Below, in pieces: positions 9,538 through 18,612 of a DNA stretch of 64,000 nucleotides. The DNA comes from Candidatus Peregrinibacteria bacterium. Lineage in GTDB: Bacteria > Patescibacteriota > Gracilibacteria > Peribacterales > Peribacteraceae. The notes below the pieces were generated by a model. It made no database searches. It saw nothing but the letters and a program-made list of their open reading frames with translations, and had not been told where the DNA came from. The translations under genes and the position numbers were made by a program. The DNA is taken from NCBI GenBank assembly GCA_043798355.1, contig JAZDOT010000047.1:858-64857 (forward strand). The letters run 5' to 3'. Within the stretch, counting starts at the first letter, position 1. Each line of letters opens with the position of its first letter.

Positions 9538-10065
9538 ATGAAAAAATCCTCCGCCTTCTTCCTCCTCGCAACTCTCCCCCTCCTCGTGTCTGCGGCAAAT
9601 GCTTCCGAGTGTGCGGGCATTCGTTCCGAGAAGGGGCAGGACGCGTACGAAGAGTGCCTCCTGTCGAAAGAAGAAGAGCAAACGGCAGACTCCATACAGA
9701 AATATAGCGACAGTCTTTCTCGGAGTCGCGACTCTATCTCGCGGTATTACAAGCGTCGGCGCACGGAGATCGAGGATGAGAAGCAGTACAGAGACCGCGA
9801 CTTTGAACTGAAGGAAGATGATGCCAACAGAGATATTCGCTACGCACGGGATGATGGGGTATCCGAAGACCGGATCCGCCTCATGGAGGCAAAACTGAGG
9901 ATTCTCCAGAACAAACGGCGCGTAACGCAGGAATACTTTGACCGGAGACTGGATCTTCTGAACACCAAAGAAGAGAAGGAGACGCGTGAGCTCGACCTCT
10001 CAGCTGCCGAAGAGGCAAAGCAGGCGTGGGGAAACGCACTTCAAAGGGCAGGGGTCCATGAATAG
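9538..10065 (+). CDS. secreted coiled-coil protein, hypothetical
   Basis: MKKSSAFFLLATLPLLVSAANA signal peptide, followed by charged E/R/K/D-rich helices. Confidence 0.65.
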   Translation: MKKSSAFFLLATLPLLVSAANASECAGIRSEKGQDAYEECLLSKEEEQTADSIQKYSDSLSRSRDSISRYYKRRRTEIEDEKQYRDRDFELKEDDANRDIRYARDDGVSEDRIRLMEAKLRILQNKRRVTQEYFDRRLDLLNTKEEKETRELDLSAAEEAKQAWGNALQRAGVHE

Positions 10066-10237
10066 TAAGAATGGCAGACGAAAAACACGCCTTTTTAGAT
10101 AGAGATGTTATTTTAGAATTATTCGCATACAGAAGAGATAAACATCGCATCAATTCTTGAACAAATAATATACTCACAAAATAATTATATGTTCCTGCCA
10201 TGGTAAAAACTTGCACGACTCTGGTCACATGAGTACA

Positions 10238-10722
10238 ATGGCCGGATTTGCATCGATTGCAGATCAAGGCCATCAGCCAATGCACTCTTCACATCTTAAG
10301 AGAAATACACACACCCAGGAAAACAAACACACACCCGCCCCGGGGCACACACAAACAATACAGACAATTGAGCTCCTTCACACCACCGCTGAAGAGGAAT
10401 AGAGCAGAAAGAAGGGTAGCCACCAAGGGTAGCCGCATATGCTGCCGCTCAGTCACCCTTTCACACCACCTGTGACCCTGCTGAGGATCGGGCACCATCC
10501 CTGTCGTGTTCACCCCGCGGGCTACCGTTCTCTCTGCTCTGTAATGACGTGCCGTTGATGAGAGGCCGCTCTACGGCATGCAAAAACTACTCCCCATGGT
10601 TTCCTTCGCTCCGGCGATGTTTTGAAGCCTGGCACGGGGACCTCGTCGGGTTGCGAGGAGAAACAAGAAACCAAAGCAAGGCAGAGAATCGAGGGCTCCT
10701 CCCCTCAGTCAGCTTCCATTCA
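10238..10722 (-). ncRNA. rnpB: probable RNase P RNA (boundaries uncertain; core about 10238..10622)
   Basis: About 750 nt of non-coding DNA. The minus strand reads ACAGAGCAGAGAGAACGGUAGCCCGCGGGG...GGUGUGAAAGGGUGACUGAGCGGC, resembling E. coli M1 ACAGAGAGCAAACCGCC...GGGUGAAAGGGUGCGGUAAGAGCGC. GAAGGAAACCAUGGGG is CR-I-like and AAGAUGUGAAG...GAUGGCCUUGA is CR-IV/V-like. AAGG/CCAU can pair with AUGGCCUU (P4-like). A closing helix AUCGCCGGA/UCCGGCCAU is possible. Confidence 0.55.
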
Positions 10723-10775
10723 GTTCGGCTCAGAGACATGAATATATGTCACTGATAGCCGCGGAGGCGAGACAT

Positions 10776-10816
10776 AAAAACAAAAAAGGCCAGAGGTTAC
10801 TTCTGGTCTTTTTTGC
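10776..10816 (-). terminator. bidirectional intrinsic terminator downstream of the ATPase gene
   Basis: aaaaacaaaaaaGGCCAGAGgttacTTCTGGTCtttttt: a hairpin flanked by an A-run and a T-run. Confidence 0.75.
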
Positions 10817-10827
10817 GTGAGAGGAAA

Positions 10828-13518
10828 TCAAGCCTTCTTCTCCTTCCTCTCTTTCAGCTCCAGCATCACCTTACTCGGCGGAGGAATGCCCCCGCTCTTC
10901 TCCAGTTTCTTCTCCAGATCCGCCTTGGATATCACCTCTTCGGGAGTCAGTGCCTCCCCTGCATACTCCTTCTTGCGGATCATATTGTAATCGTTCGTCC
11001 ACATCTCACGATCCCGCCACGCACGATACTCTTCGAGCTTCATTCCCTTCTTGCGGGCTTTCTTCAGTTCCTCTTCCTCTTTTTCCTTGGATTTCTCCGC
11101 GGTCTTCGCCTGCTTCTTCGCCGCTCCGGCACTGGCCGCCCATATGCGGATTTTTTCTTCGACTTCCTCGCGCGACACCGAGTACCGCTCCCGCGAGAGA
11201 TCGCGGATGATCGCCGTACGCTTGGAATCCTCATCGTACTGCGGCGGCGGAAGCATGGAGACGGAGAAAGGCTTCGAGGGGATGCCGTCGATCATGAGCC
11301 GGACGTACGCGTGGTACTTGGGGAGACTCAGAATATCTTTCGGGAGCACCACCTCCTCGAACTGAAGGCTCATCTCCTCGGCATCATCACTCCCGATCTG
11401 GAAGCTGATGAGGGACCCGACGTTCCCGAACACCGCATCCTTGAGCGCCGTACTCTTCTCGCCGATCGTCAGCTGCGCGATGTACTGGTTCGCCATGGTG
11501 AGGTTGAGACGATACTTGCGCGCCTCGGAGAGGATGGTCGCGAAGGACTCGGTCGCGAAGTTCTGAAACTCGTCCACGTAGAGGTAGAAGTCTCTCCGCT
11601 CCTTCTCGGGAATGTCCGCGCGGCTCATGGCCTCGATCTGGAACTTGGTAACCAGCATGGCGCCGAGGAAGGCCGACATATCCTCGCCGATCCGCCCCTT
11701 GCTCAGGTTCACAAGAATGATCTTCCCCGTATCCATGGCAGAGCGGATGTCGAGGCTGCTCCTGATCTGCCCCACGATGTTACGGATGAGCGGCGTGGAG
11801 AGGAGCTGTCCGACTTTGTTCTGGATGGCGGAAATGGCTTCGGTACGGTACTTCTCGGACCACACGGCATACTCATCCTCCCAGAAACTCTTCACCAGCG
11901 GATCCGTGACGTGACTGACGATCTTCGCTCTGTACGCGTCGTCAGCGAAGATGCGCATGATGCCGAGCATGCTCGTCCCTTCGTTCTCGAGGAGCGCGAG
12001 CAGGGTGTTTCTCAGAATGTGCTTCATGCGCTCGCTCCACGTATCGGGCCAGAGCTTCTCGAACACGCCCATGAGACCCGACGCAACAATGGGACGCTGC
12101 GATGGATCGCGGTACTCCAGCATGTTGAAGGAAATGGGAAAATCACGGTCCGCGGGATCGAAGAGAACGACGTCGTTCGATCTATTCTTCGGCACCGCCT
12201 TCAGCGCCGCTTCGAAGAGGTCGCCATGCGGGTCGATCACGGCGATCCCCTTCCCCGCGCGGATATCGCTGTAGATCATGTTTTCGAGCAACGTGGACTT
12301 GCCCATGCCCGTTTTCCCGATGCTATAGATGTGCCGCCGCCGGTCGTCGGGCCGGATGCCGAAGGTCGTGCGCTGTCCGCGGAAGACCGCCTGTCCCAGC
12401 GCCGTCACGTCCTCCTCCGTCGAGAGCGGCAGGTTGATGGGCGGCTCCACCTTCTTGGAGTACACCCAGTCGATGTTCGGCGTCTGGACGAGGAGAGTCG
12501 GGATATGCCAGAGAGTCGCGATCTCTTCTACGGAGAGAATGAACGGCCGCGAGTGGAACCCGTGATCTATCTCCGTGATGCGCCGGATCGGCTCTGTTTT
12601 GAATCCGTTGCAGTGCGGCAGCGTGAACTGCCGGAAGCTGCCCGCCATTTCCTCCAATTTGTCCTCCGCCTGCGCGGCAGTATCACTCGTTGCGATGACC
12701 GTGAGACGGACGTTGCAGACGAAGAGGAGCCGGTTCATTTTGTCGAGCGCGGCGGCGACGTGGTCTTCCCGATCGTGGGATCTGGCACTCTGGCGCTCTT
12801 TTTCTTCATCATCCTCACGGCGCGTCGGGCGCATCTCGGGAGAGAGGAGGGGTGGCAGAGAGAAGTAACGGTTGAACCCCGGCCACGCGCGGAACCCCCC
12901 GAGGAGCGTCGCAATGGGCAAGAACAGGAGACGCCGCCATCCGCGGGCGAGCTGCATGCGCGTGAAGAGCTTGGCGTAGGTGCCCGAGAGCGCGGGGAGT
13001 CCTTTGGTGAGAAGCGGAATGAACCTCAGAGCCCGCTTGCGGTAGCTGTCCCCGATAGGTTTCACGATGATTTCGACCATGGCACGCATGCCCGGACGCG
13101 CGTAGCGCGCGAGGGCGGAGGTGATGCCGGCGATGGAGTCCACATTCGTCCGCGTGAGAAGATCGTCAAACTGGGGATGTCTCTTGATAGGAAAAGGCTC
13201 CGGATTTTCAAGGACGAGGTCGCGAGTCACGAGGATCTCCCCTTCGTGCAACTGGAAAGGGTCTTCTTTGGCCTGCTCGATGTCCACATCCGGGTACTGC
13301 GCGTAGAGCTGGCTCTCCGCGAGGCGCACGCCCCGCTCCGTCCCGCGGATGAAGAAGGCGATCTTCCCGTCGCGTGCCATAGAGATGGAGAGACCGACCT
13401 TGGCGTGTATGCCCGAGAGCGAGTGGAGTGCCGCAACCGCGGGCTCCATGTAGATGGGACCGCGGTCATTATCTTCGTTCTGGGCGGCGCGGACGCGGAG
13501 GAGAATTGTTTCTGGCAT
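10828..13518 (-). CDS. TraD/VirD4/TraG-like (type IV coupling-protein-type) P-loop ATPase with a large N-terminal domain of unknown function
   Basis: 896 aa. Walker A IGKTGMGKST and Walker B-like FYLYVDEFQNF, plus RKYRLNLTMANQY and a Lys/Glu-rich tail. The N-terminal ~330 aa are unassigned. Confidence 0.8.
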   Translation of the reverse strand: MPETILLRVRAAQNEDNDRGPIYMEPAVAALHSLSGIHAKVGLSISMARDGKIAFFIRGTERGVRLAESQLYAQYPDVDIEQAKEDPFQLHEGEILVTRDLVLENPEPFPIKRHPQFDDLLTRTNVDSIAGITSALARYARPGMRAMVEIIVKPIGDSYRKRALRFIPLLTKGLPALSGTYAKLFTRMQLARGWRRLLFLPIATLLGGFRAWPGFNRYFSLPPLLSPEMRPTRREDDEEKERQSARSHDREDHVAAALDKMNRLLFVCNVRLTVIATSDTAAQAEDKLEEMAGSFRQFTLPHCNGFKTEPIRRITEIDHGFHSRPFILSVEEIATLWHIPTLLVQTPNIDWVYSKKVEPPINLPLSTEEDVTALGQAVFRGQRTTFGIRPDDRRRHIYSIGKTGMGKSTLLENMIYSDIRAGKGIAVIDPHGDLFEAALKAVPKNRSNDVVLFDPADRDFPISFNMLEYRDPSQRPIVASGLMGVFEKLWPDTWSERMKHILRNTLLALLENEGTSMLGIMRIFADDAYRAKIVSHVTDPLVKSFWEDEYAVWSEKYRTEAISAIQNKVGQLLSTPLIRNIVGQIRSSLDIRSAMDTGKIILVNLSKGRIGEDMSAFLGAMLVTKFQIEAMSRADIPEKERRDFYLYVDEFQNFATESFATILSEARKYRLNLTMANQYIAQLTIGEKSTALKDAVFGNVGSLISFQIGSDDAEEMSLQFEEVVLPKDILSLPKYHAYVRLMIDGIPSKPFSVSMLPPPQYDEDSKRTAIIRDLSRERYSVSREEVEEKIRIWAASAGAAKKQAKTAEKSKEKEEEELKKARKKGMKLEEYRAWRDREMWTNDYNMIRKKEYAGEALTPEEVISKADLEKKLEKSGGIPPPSKVMLELKERKEKKA

Positions 13519-13526
13519 GAGGTATT

Positions 13527-14240
13527 TTAGGAGCCGGAACGGAGAAGATCGGCGACGAGGGTGAGAGCGACGGTGTTGTAGGCGTAATCCATGCGCATGG
13601 GCCCGAGAACGCCGATGGCACCAGCCTGTCCGCGAACGGAGTACGCGGTGACCATCAGGCTGCAGCTCGGCACCCGCTCCAGGATGTGTTCATCCCCGAG
13701 GTAGTACCGGACGCGCTCGTCGATCTCCACTTGTTCGAGAATCCTGCTGAGCTTTTCTTCCAGGAACTCCGCCACCCCGCTCGCGAGGAGCGGATTACCC
13801 TGGAACTCCGGCTGCTTGAGGACGTTGGCCAGTCCCATGAAGTACACGTTGTTCTTGTGCGGAACCGTGGCGAACGCCGCATTCGGAATCATGTGGGCAA
13901 GGAGAGCGACGGCTTCATACACGCGCTCCTGATCCTTGCGACGGAAGTACTGTTCTTTGAGCGCGTCGAATCTCCTTCGTACAGCCCGCTCCGTGCGTGA
14001 CGGCTCCATGAACTCCTGCACGTATGCTCTATACCCCTTGGCCGTGGGGATGCGTCCGGCGGAGACGTGCGGCTGTCCGAGGAACCCCTCATCTTCTAAA
14101 AAACCCATCTCGCTGCGGATGGTCGCCGACGAGCAGCAGAAATCCCCCGCCTCGAGGAGCTTCTTGGACCCGACCGGTAATGCGGTTGCGATGAACTGAT
14201 CGATAATGGCCACCAGAAGCTTTCCCTGTCGCTCGTTCAT
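13527..14240 (-). CDS. hrcA: heat-inducible transcription repressor HrcA (short form, 237 aa)
   Basis: MNERQGKLLVAIIDQFIATALPVGSKKLL...SSATIRSEMGFLEDEGFL.QPHVSAGRIPT.KGYR. A CIRCE element lies immediately upstream. Confidence 0.88.
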   Translation of the reverse strand: MNERQGKLLVAIIDQFIATALPVGSKKLLEAGDFCCSSATIRSEMGFLEDEGFLGQPHVSAGRIPTAKGYRAYVQEFMEPSRTERAVRRRFDALKEQYFRRKDQERVYEAVALLAHMIPNAAFATVPHKNNVYFMGLANVLKQPEFQGNPLLASGVAEFLEEKLSRILEQVEIDERVRYYLGDEHILERVPSCSLMVTAYSVRGQAGAIGVLGPMRMDYAYNTVALTLVADLLRSGS

Positions 14241-14246
14241 GGGTGC

Positions 14247-14276
14247 AGTATAGCACTCGGGTGGCTGGAGTGCCAT
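14247..14276 (-). promoter_or_regulatory. CIRCE-like operator overlapping a TATACT -10 box of hrcA (near-leaderless)
   Basis: TAGCACTC-gggtggctg-GAGTGCCA (14251..14275) versus consensus TTAGCACTC-N9-GAGTGCTAA. On the minus strand, TATACT ends 6 nt before the ATG. Confidence 0.7.
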
Positions 14277-14294
14277 TCTTCACTGTCCACTCGC

Positions 14295-14585
14295 TTACTT
14301 CTTCTTCGCCTTCACTGCGGCTTTCGTTTTCGCTGCCGTCGCCTTCGTCTTCACCACCTCCGTCTTCTCCGTCACAGTCTTCCCCGCCGCCATGCGCTTG
14401 CGGAAGCGCTCCACACGGCCGCCGCGGGCCTCCCCCTGCTTCTTACCGGTGTAGACCGGATGGCACATGCGGCATGTTTCAACCGAGATTTCTTTGACCG
14501 TCGCCGGGATCCGGAAGATCGCCCCGCACGTCGAGCAGGTGATTTTCGCGTCCGCAAACATTTCGGGGTGGATTCCGGGTTTCAT
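14295..14585 (-). CDS. rpmE: 50S ribosomal protein L31 (Zn-ribbon type) with Lys/Ala-rich C-terminal extension
   Basis: MKPGIHPEMFADAKITCSTCG...ETCRMCHPVYTGKKQ, followed by the tail ...KTKATAAKTKAAVKAKKK. Confidence 0.9.
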   Translation of the reverse strand: MKPGIHPEMFADAKITCSTCGAIFRIPATVKEISVETCRMCHPVYTGKKQGEARGGRVERFRKRMAAGKTVTEKTEVVKTKATAAKTKAAVKAKKK

Positions 14586-14594
14586 AACGGGGGC

Positions 14595-14622
14595 AGTGTA
14601 GCGACGGATAGGGCGATTGCAA
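14595..14622 (-). promoter_or_regulatory. candidate sigma70-type promoter of rpmE (TTGCAA-16-TACACT), giving a very short leader
   Basis: Minus strand reads ttgcaa tcgccctatccgtcgc tacact gcccccgtt ATG. The -10 box ends 9 nt before the start codon. Confidence 0.4.
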
Positions 14623-14777
14623 GAAAAAGGACGGGGACTGGTATAAGGGAATACGGGTGTATGGGTACGGGTACTCCTCAAAAATGGAGCTGGCATAACG
14701 AAGACCAATACACTCATATTCCCATATACTCATACACCTCCTCCCGCATCCAAAAAACTTCACCGAAGTCTCGTCCA

Positions 14778-17432
14778 TCACTTCGCACTGGCCTTCGCCG
14801 CCCTCTTCACCCTGCGCTCTTCTTTCTTGATCTCCAGGACTTCCTCCTCGCGCAATTCATCCGCCGCAGAGAGCACCGCTTCCTGCCCCTCTTTATCCTC
14901 CATCACGACACTCATCGTCGCCACTTTATCTTTGGCATTCAACCGCATGACGATCACGCCCTGCGTCGCGCGGCCGCGGGACGGAATATCGGAGAGACGC
15001 ATGCGGATGGCCTGCCCCTGCTTCGAGAGACAGAACAAGTCCCCCTCCTCCCCCTGCTTCAGCACACACCCTCCGACCACATCCCCCGTCTTCGCCGTCA
15101 GCTGCGCCGCTTTGACACCGGTCCCGCCACGCCCCTGAAACCGGTACTCCTCGACGGGCGTCATTTTCCCGAGGCCGTTCTCCATGACAACGAGCAGCTT
15201 GCTGGTCTTGGGATCCTCGATGACCGCCGCTTCGATGACCTTGTCCCCGGCCCCCAACCGGATACCCCGGACTCCCGCCGCGGCACGGCCCATGGGACGG
15301 ACGTCGCCCTCCGGGAAGCGGATGGCCTTCCCCTTCTTCGTGAGAATGAAGATCTCGTTCTTCCCGTTGGTGGCAACCACCCACTTCAGCTCGTCGCCCG
15401 CTGGCACCTTCTGCGCGATGAGGCCGCTCCTGCGGATATTCTCGAACTCTTTGAAGTCCGTGCGCTTCACCGTCCCCTTCTCCGTGACCATGAAGAGGTT
15501 GCTCACGCCTTCCGTCCCCGCCTTGAGGATGGCGGTAATCCGCTCTTCCGGGAGTAACTGGAGGAAGTTCACGATCGCCTGGCCCTTCGCCGTGCGGCTC
15601 CCCTGCGGCATCTCGTAGACGGGCGCGCGGAAGACGCGGCCGGTATTCGTGAAGAAGAGCACGTCGTCGTGGTTCATGACATGGAGGAGCGACATGATCT
15701 CGTCATCCTCCTTCGTCGTCATCCCCTTTACCCCCTTGCCGCCGCGGTGCTGGGCCCGGAACTGCATGGGGCTGAGGCGCTTCACGTAGCCGGTCTGCGT
15801 GAGAGCGACGATCATCGGCGCATTCGGAATGGTGTCCTTGGCGGAGAATTCCCCGACCGGATGCTTCACGATAGTCGTGCGGCGTCCGTCTTCGTACGAA
15901 TTCTTGAGTTCCGCAAGTTCCGTTTTGATGACGGCATCCATTTTCTTCTGGCTCTTCAGGAGATCCTCGCACTCCGCAATGAACTTCTTCTTCTCTTTGA
16001 GCTCGTCCTCGATCTTCTTCTGCTCCAATCCCGCCAGCGTCTGGAGCCGCATCTGGAGAATGGCGTCCGCCTGAAGATCCGAAAGCTTGAACTTCTTCAT
16101 GAGGTTCACCTTCGCGATCTCCTTGGTTTCGCTCTTCTTGATGGTCTCGATGACTTTGTCGATGTTATCGAGCGCGATTGTGAGCCCTTCGAGAATGTGC
16201 GCCCGCTCCCTGGCCCGGTCGCGGTCGAACGTGATGCGGCGCTTGACCACTTCCCGCCGGTGCGCGATGAAGATGGAGAGCGCCTCCTGCAGATTGAGGA
16301 GACGCGGCTGCAGCCCGCCGTCGAGCGCGATCATGTTGTATCCGAAACTCGACTGGAGCTCCGTGTGCTTGAAAAACTGGTTGAGGACTTTCTGCGGATA
16401 ACTGTCCTTCTTGAGTTCGATGATGATGCGGATCCCCTCGCGATCGGATTCGTCGCGGATATCCGAAACACCCTCGATGGTCTTCTCCTGCACGAGCTCC
16501 GCCATCCTCTCGATCAGCGTGGACTTGTTCACCTGATAGGGAATCTCGGAAATGCGGATCTGATAGCGGCCTTTCACCTCCTCGATCTCCGCTTTGGCGC
16601 GGACGATCACGGAACCGCGACCCGTGAGGTACGCCTGCTTGATCGCCTCCTGATTGTAGACGATGCCGCCGGTCGGGAAGTCCGGACCCTGCACGAACTG
16701 GAGCAGATCTTCCACTGTCGCATCGGGATGATCGATGAGGTGCGCCGTCGCGTCGACGACTTCCCCTAAATTATGCGGAGGAATGTTCGTCGCCATGCCG
16801 ACGGCGATACCGACAGAACCGTTGATGAGGAGATTGGGGAACTTCGACGGCAGAACGACCGGCTCGCGGCGCGTGCCGTCGTAGTTGGCAATGAATTGCA
16901 CGGTGTCCTTCTCCAGATCCTGCAACATCTCCTGCGTCATCCTGGACATCTTCGCTTCCGTATAACGCATGGCGGCCGGCGGGTCCCCGTCGATGGAACC
17001 GAAGTTTCCCTGCCCGATCACCAAAAGATGGCGCATGGAGAAGTCCTGCGCCAGACGGGCCAATGACGGATAGACGATGACCTCGCCATGCGGGTGGTAG
17101 TTACCGGAGACGTCGCCGCAGATCTTCGCGCACTTGCGAAATCTCCCGCCCGGACTGAGCCCCAGGTCACGCAGCGTCACGAGAATCCTGCGGTGGACGG
17201 GTTTGAGTCCGTCCCGCGCGTCCGGCAGCGCCCGCGCGACGATGACGCTCATGGCGTAATCGAGGTAGCTGGTCTCCATCTCCAGAACGATGGGCCGCGG
17301 GTGAATGGTGCCGATGGATGCGAGAGTCTCCGCGCTCACAGCAGCTGCGGTCGGCTCCTCCTTCTTCTTCTGATCATCCCCGAGGGGGAGAGCGTCCTGT
17401 TGGCCGGGAGTGGGCTTGTCCTTTTTAGCCAT
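14778..17432 (-). CDS. gyrA: DNA gyrase subunit A
   Basis: 884 aa. Contains YLDYAMSVIVARALPDARDGLKPVHRRIL and the active-site region AAMRYTE, plus C-terminal beta-pinwheel repeats. Confidence 0.97.
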   Translation of the reverse strand: MAKKDKPTPGQQDALPLGDDQKKKEEPTAAAVSAETLASIGTIHPRPIVLEMETSYLDYAMSVIVARALPDARDGLKPVHRRILVTLRDLGLSPGGRFRKCAKICGDVSGNYHPHGEVIVYPSLARLAQDFSMRHLLVIGQGNFGSIDGDPPAAMRYTEAKMSRMTQEMLQDLEKDTVQFIANYDGTRREPVVLPSKFPNLLINGSVGIAVGMATNIPPHNLGEVVDATAHLIDHPDATVEDLLQFVQGPDFPTGGIVYNQEAIKQAYLTGRGSVIVRAKAEIEEVKGRYQIRISEIPYQVNKSTLIERMAELVQEKTIEGVSDIRDESDREGIRIIIELKKDSYPQKVLNQFFKHTELQSSFGYNMIALDGGLQPRLLNLQEALSIFIAHRREVVKRRITFDRDRARERAHILEGLTIALDNIDKVIETIKKSETKEIAKVNLMKKFKLSDLQADAILQMRLQTLAGLEQKKIEDELKEKKKFIAECEDLLKSQKKMDAVIKTELAELKNSYEDGRRTTIVKHPVGEFSAKDTIPNAPMIVALTQTGYVKRLSPMQFRAQHRGGKGVKGMTTKEDDEIMSLLHVMNHDDVLFFTNTGRVFRAPVYEMPQGSRTAKGQAIVNFLQLLPEERITAILKAGTEGVSNLFMVTEKGTVKRTDFKEFENIRRSGLIAQKVPAGDELKWVVATNGKNEIFILTKKGKAIRFPEGDVRPMGRAAAGVRGIRLGAGDKVIEAAVIEDPKTSKLLVVMENGLGKMTPVEEYRFQGRGGTGVKAAQLTAKTGDVVGGCVLKQGEEGDLFCLSKQGQAIRMRLSDIPSRGRATQGVIVMRLNAKDKVATMSVVMEDKEGQEAVLSAADELREEEVLEIKKEERRVKRAAKASAK

Positions 17433-17496
17433 ATGCTAAGAATTGAGCAAAATGAATGAATGGCGACTGAGCACTTTCTCGGCCATCAAAAGACCA

Positions 17497-17563
17497 CTTT
17501 CCGCTGCCCTTCGCCCCCTCAGAAGGGGGAGAAGATGGATGAGGGGGAGGAGAGGATGGGCAA
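17497..17563. repeat. GC-rich hairpin repeat family Q, copy 1 (inverted orientation)
   Basis: The reverse complement reads ccccctcatccatcttctccccc-ttctga-gggggcgaagggcagcggaaag. It matches the copies at 34591, 38377 and 51883. Confidence 0.8.
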
Positions 17564-17669
17564 ACATAGTTCGCGCTCGGGTTAAAAGATGTCCGGAAGA
17601 TCATAGCGAATTTTACGGAAGAGAAAAGGGATTTGAAGGGAGATGATTTTGGCCGGAAGAACATTCCTG

Positions 17670-17759
17670 TTTTTAGTTTTTAGTTTTTTGTTCTAGGCCT
17701 ACAAACGAAGCCACACTCAAAACAAAGAACGAAAAACGAAAAACTATCAACGAAAAACG
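17670..17759. repeat. two heptamer tandem-repeat tracts: (TTTTTAG)x3 and (AACGAAA)n
   Basis: tttttagtttttagttttttg at 17670-17690, and aacgaaaaacgaaaaac...aacgaaaaacg at 17728-17759. Confidence 0.85.
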
Positions 17760-17814
17760 TACGGTTTACGTGCCTGCCGTCGTATTCCACCACGCCATCT
17801 GCTATGGTTCCCCC

Positions 17815-18492
17815 ATGCTTTCAATAGTATCAACTCCCATAGGGAACCTCGGCGATATCACGCTGCGGGCAATCGAGACGCTGAAGAAGTGTGAAGGGAT
17901 CATCTGCGAGGACACGCGGGTCACGGGCCAACTCTTGAAGCTCCTCAACATAGAGAAGAAGGAGCTCATCAGTTTCCACGGACACAGCGCGAAGGAGAAG
18001 GCCAATGCGATCCTCCGGAGACTGAAAGAAGGTAAACACTTCGCCCTGGTCTCGGATGCCGGAACGCCGGGCATTTCGGACCCGGGATACGCGGTCGTTT
18101 CGCAGGCGAGAGAGGCAGGTATCGCGCTGGAAGTTGTCCCCGGTCCGTCGGCTTTCCTCGCAGCACTGAGCGCAAGCGGGCTCCCCATCAATCAATTCCT
18201 GTACCTTGGGTTCCTGCCCATCAAGAAAGGCCGAAAGACATTGCTGCAATCATTGAAGAATGAGGAGAGAACGATCGTCTTCTACGAGTCGGTCCATCGC
18301 ATCGAGCGGACGCTCACCGAACTCTCAGATGCCCTGAAAGAACAACCGAACCGCACCGTCGTGATTGCGCGGGAACTCACAAAAATGCATGAGGAAATCA
18401 TTTCGACAAAGGCGTGTGAGCTTCCGGAGTGCTCGAAGAAGATTGTGAAGAAGGGGGAGTTTGTCGTCGTGATAGGACCAATCTTTCTGTGA
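17815..18492 (+). CDS. rsmI: 16S rRNA (cytidine1402-2'-O)-methyltransferase
   Basis: MLSIVSTPIGNLGDITLRAIETLKKCEGIICEDTR...VSDAGTPGISDPG, a tetrapyrrole-methylase fold. Confidence 0.92.
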   Translation: MLSIVSTPIGNLGDITLRAIETLKKCEGIICEDTRVTGQLLKLLNIEKKELISFHGHSAKEKANAILRRLKEGKHFALVSDAGTPGISDPGYAVVSQAREAGIALEVVPGPSAFLAALSASGLPINQFLYLGFLPIKKGRKTLLQSLKNEERTIVFYESVHRIERTLTELSDALKEQPNRTVVIARELTKMHEEIISTKACELPECSKKIVKKGEFVVVIGPIFL

Positions 18493-18612
18493 AAAAACTG
18501 TTCTCACCGGACTCAAAAATTTCCCCCGATTGTTCCACGGATAGACCCCCCTTGTCCCGCCGTAGTCCCTCACCATCGCAATGGTGACGGGACGAAGGCG
18601 GATCCCCTTGAT

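Noticed and set aside
10701-10717. GGAAGCUGACUGAGGGGAGGA as the RNase P 5' end, on the basis of its resemblance to the E. coli M1 5' GAAGCUGAC and GAGGGGAGGA strings.
   Set aside because: No complementary 3' strand (P1) could be found, and the AAAGUCC core is missing after it. It may be coincidental, so the RNA boundaries are left open.
10813-13530. 905-aa plus-strand ORF spanning the whole ATPase gene.
   Set aside because: It is antisense to a gene with clear Walker motifs. Its translation is Arg/Leu/His/Gly-rich with no motif, which is typical of a shadow ORF in GC-rich DNA.
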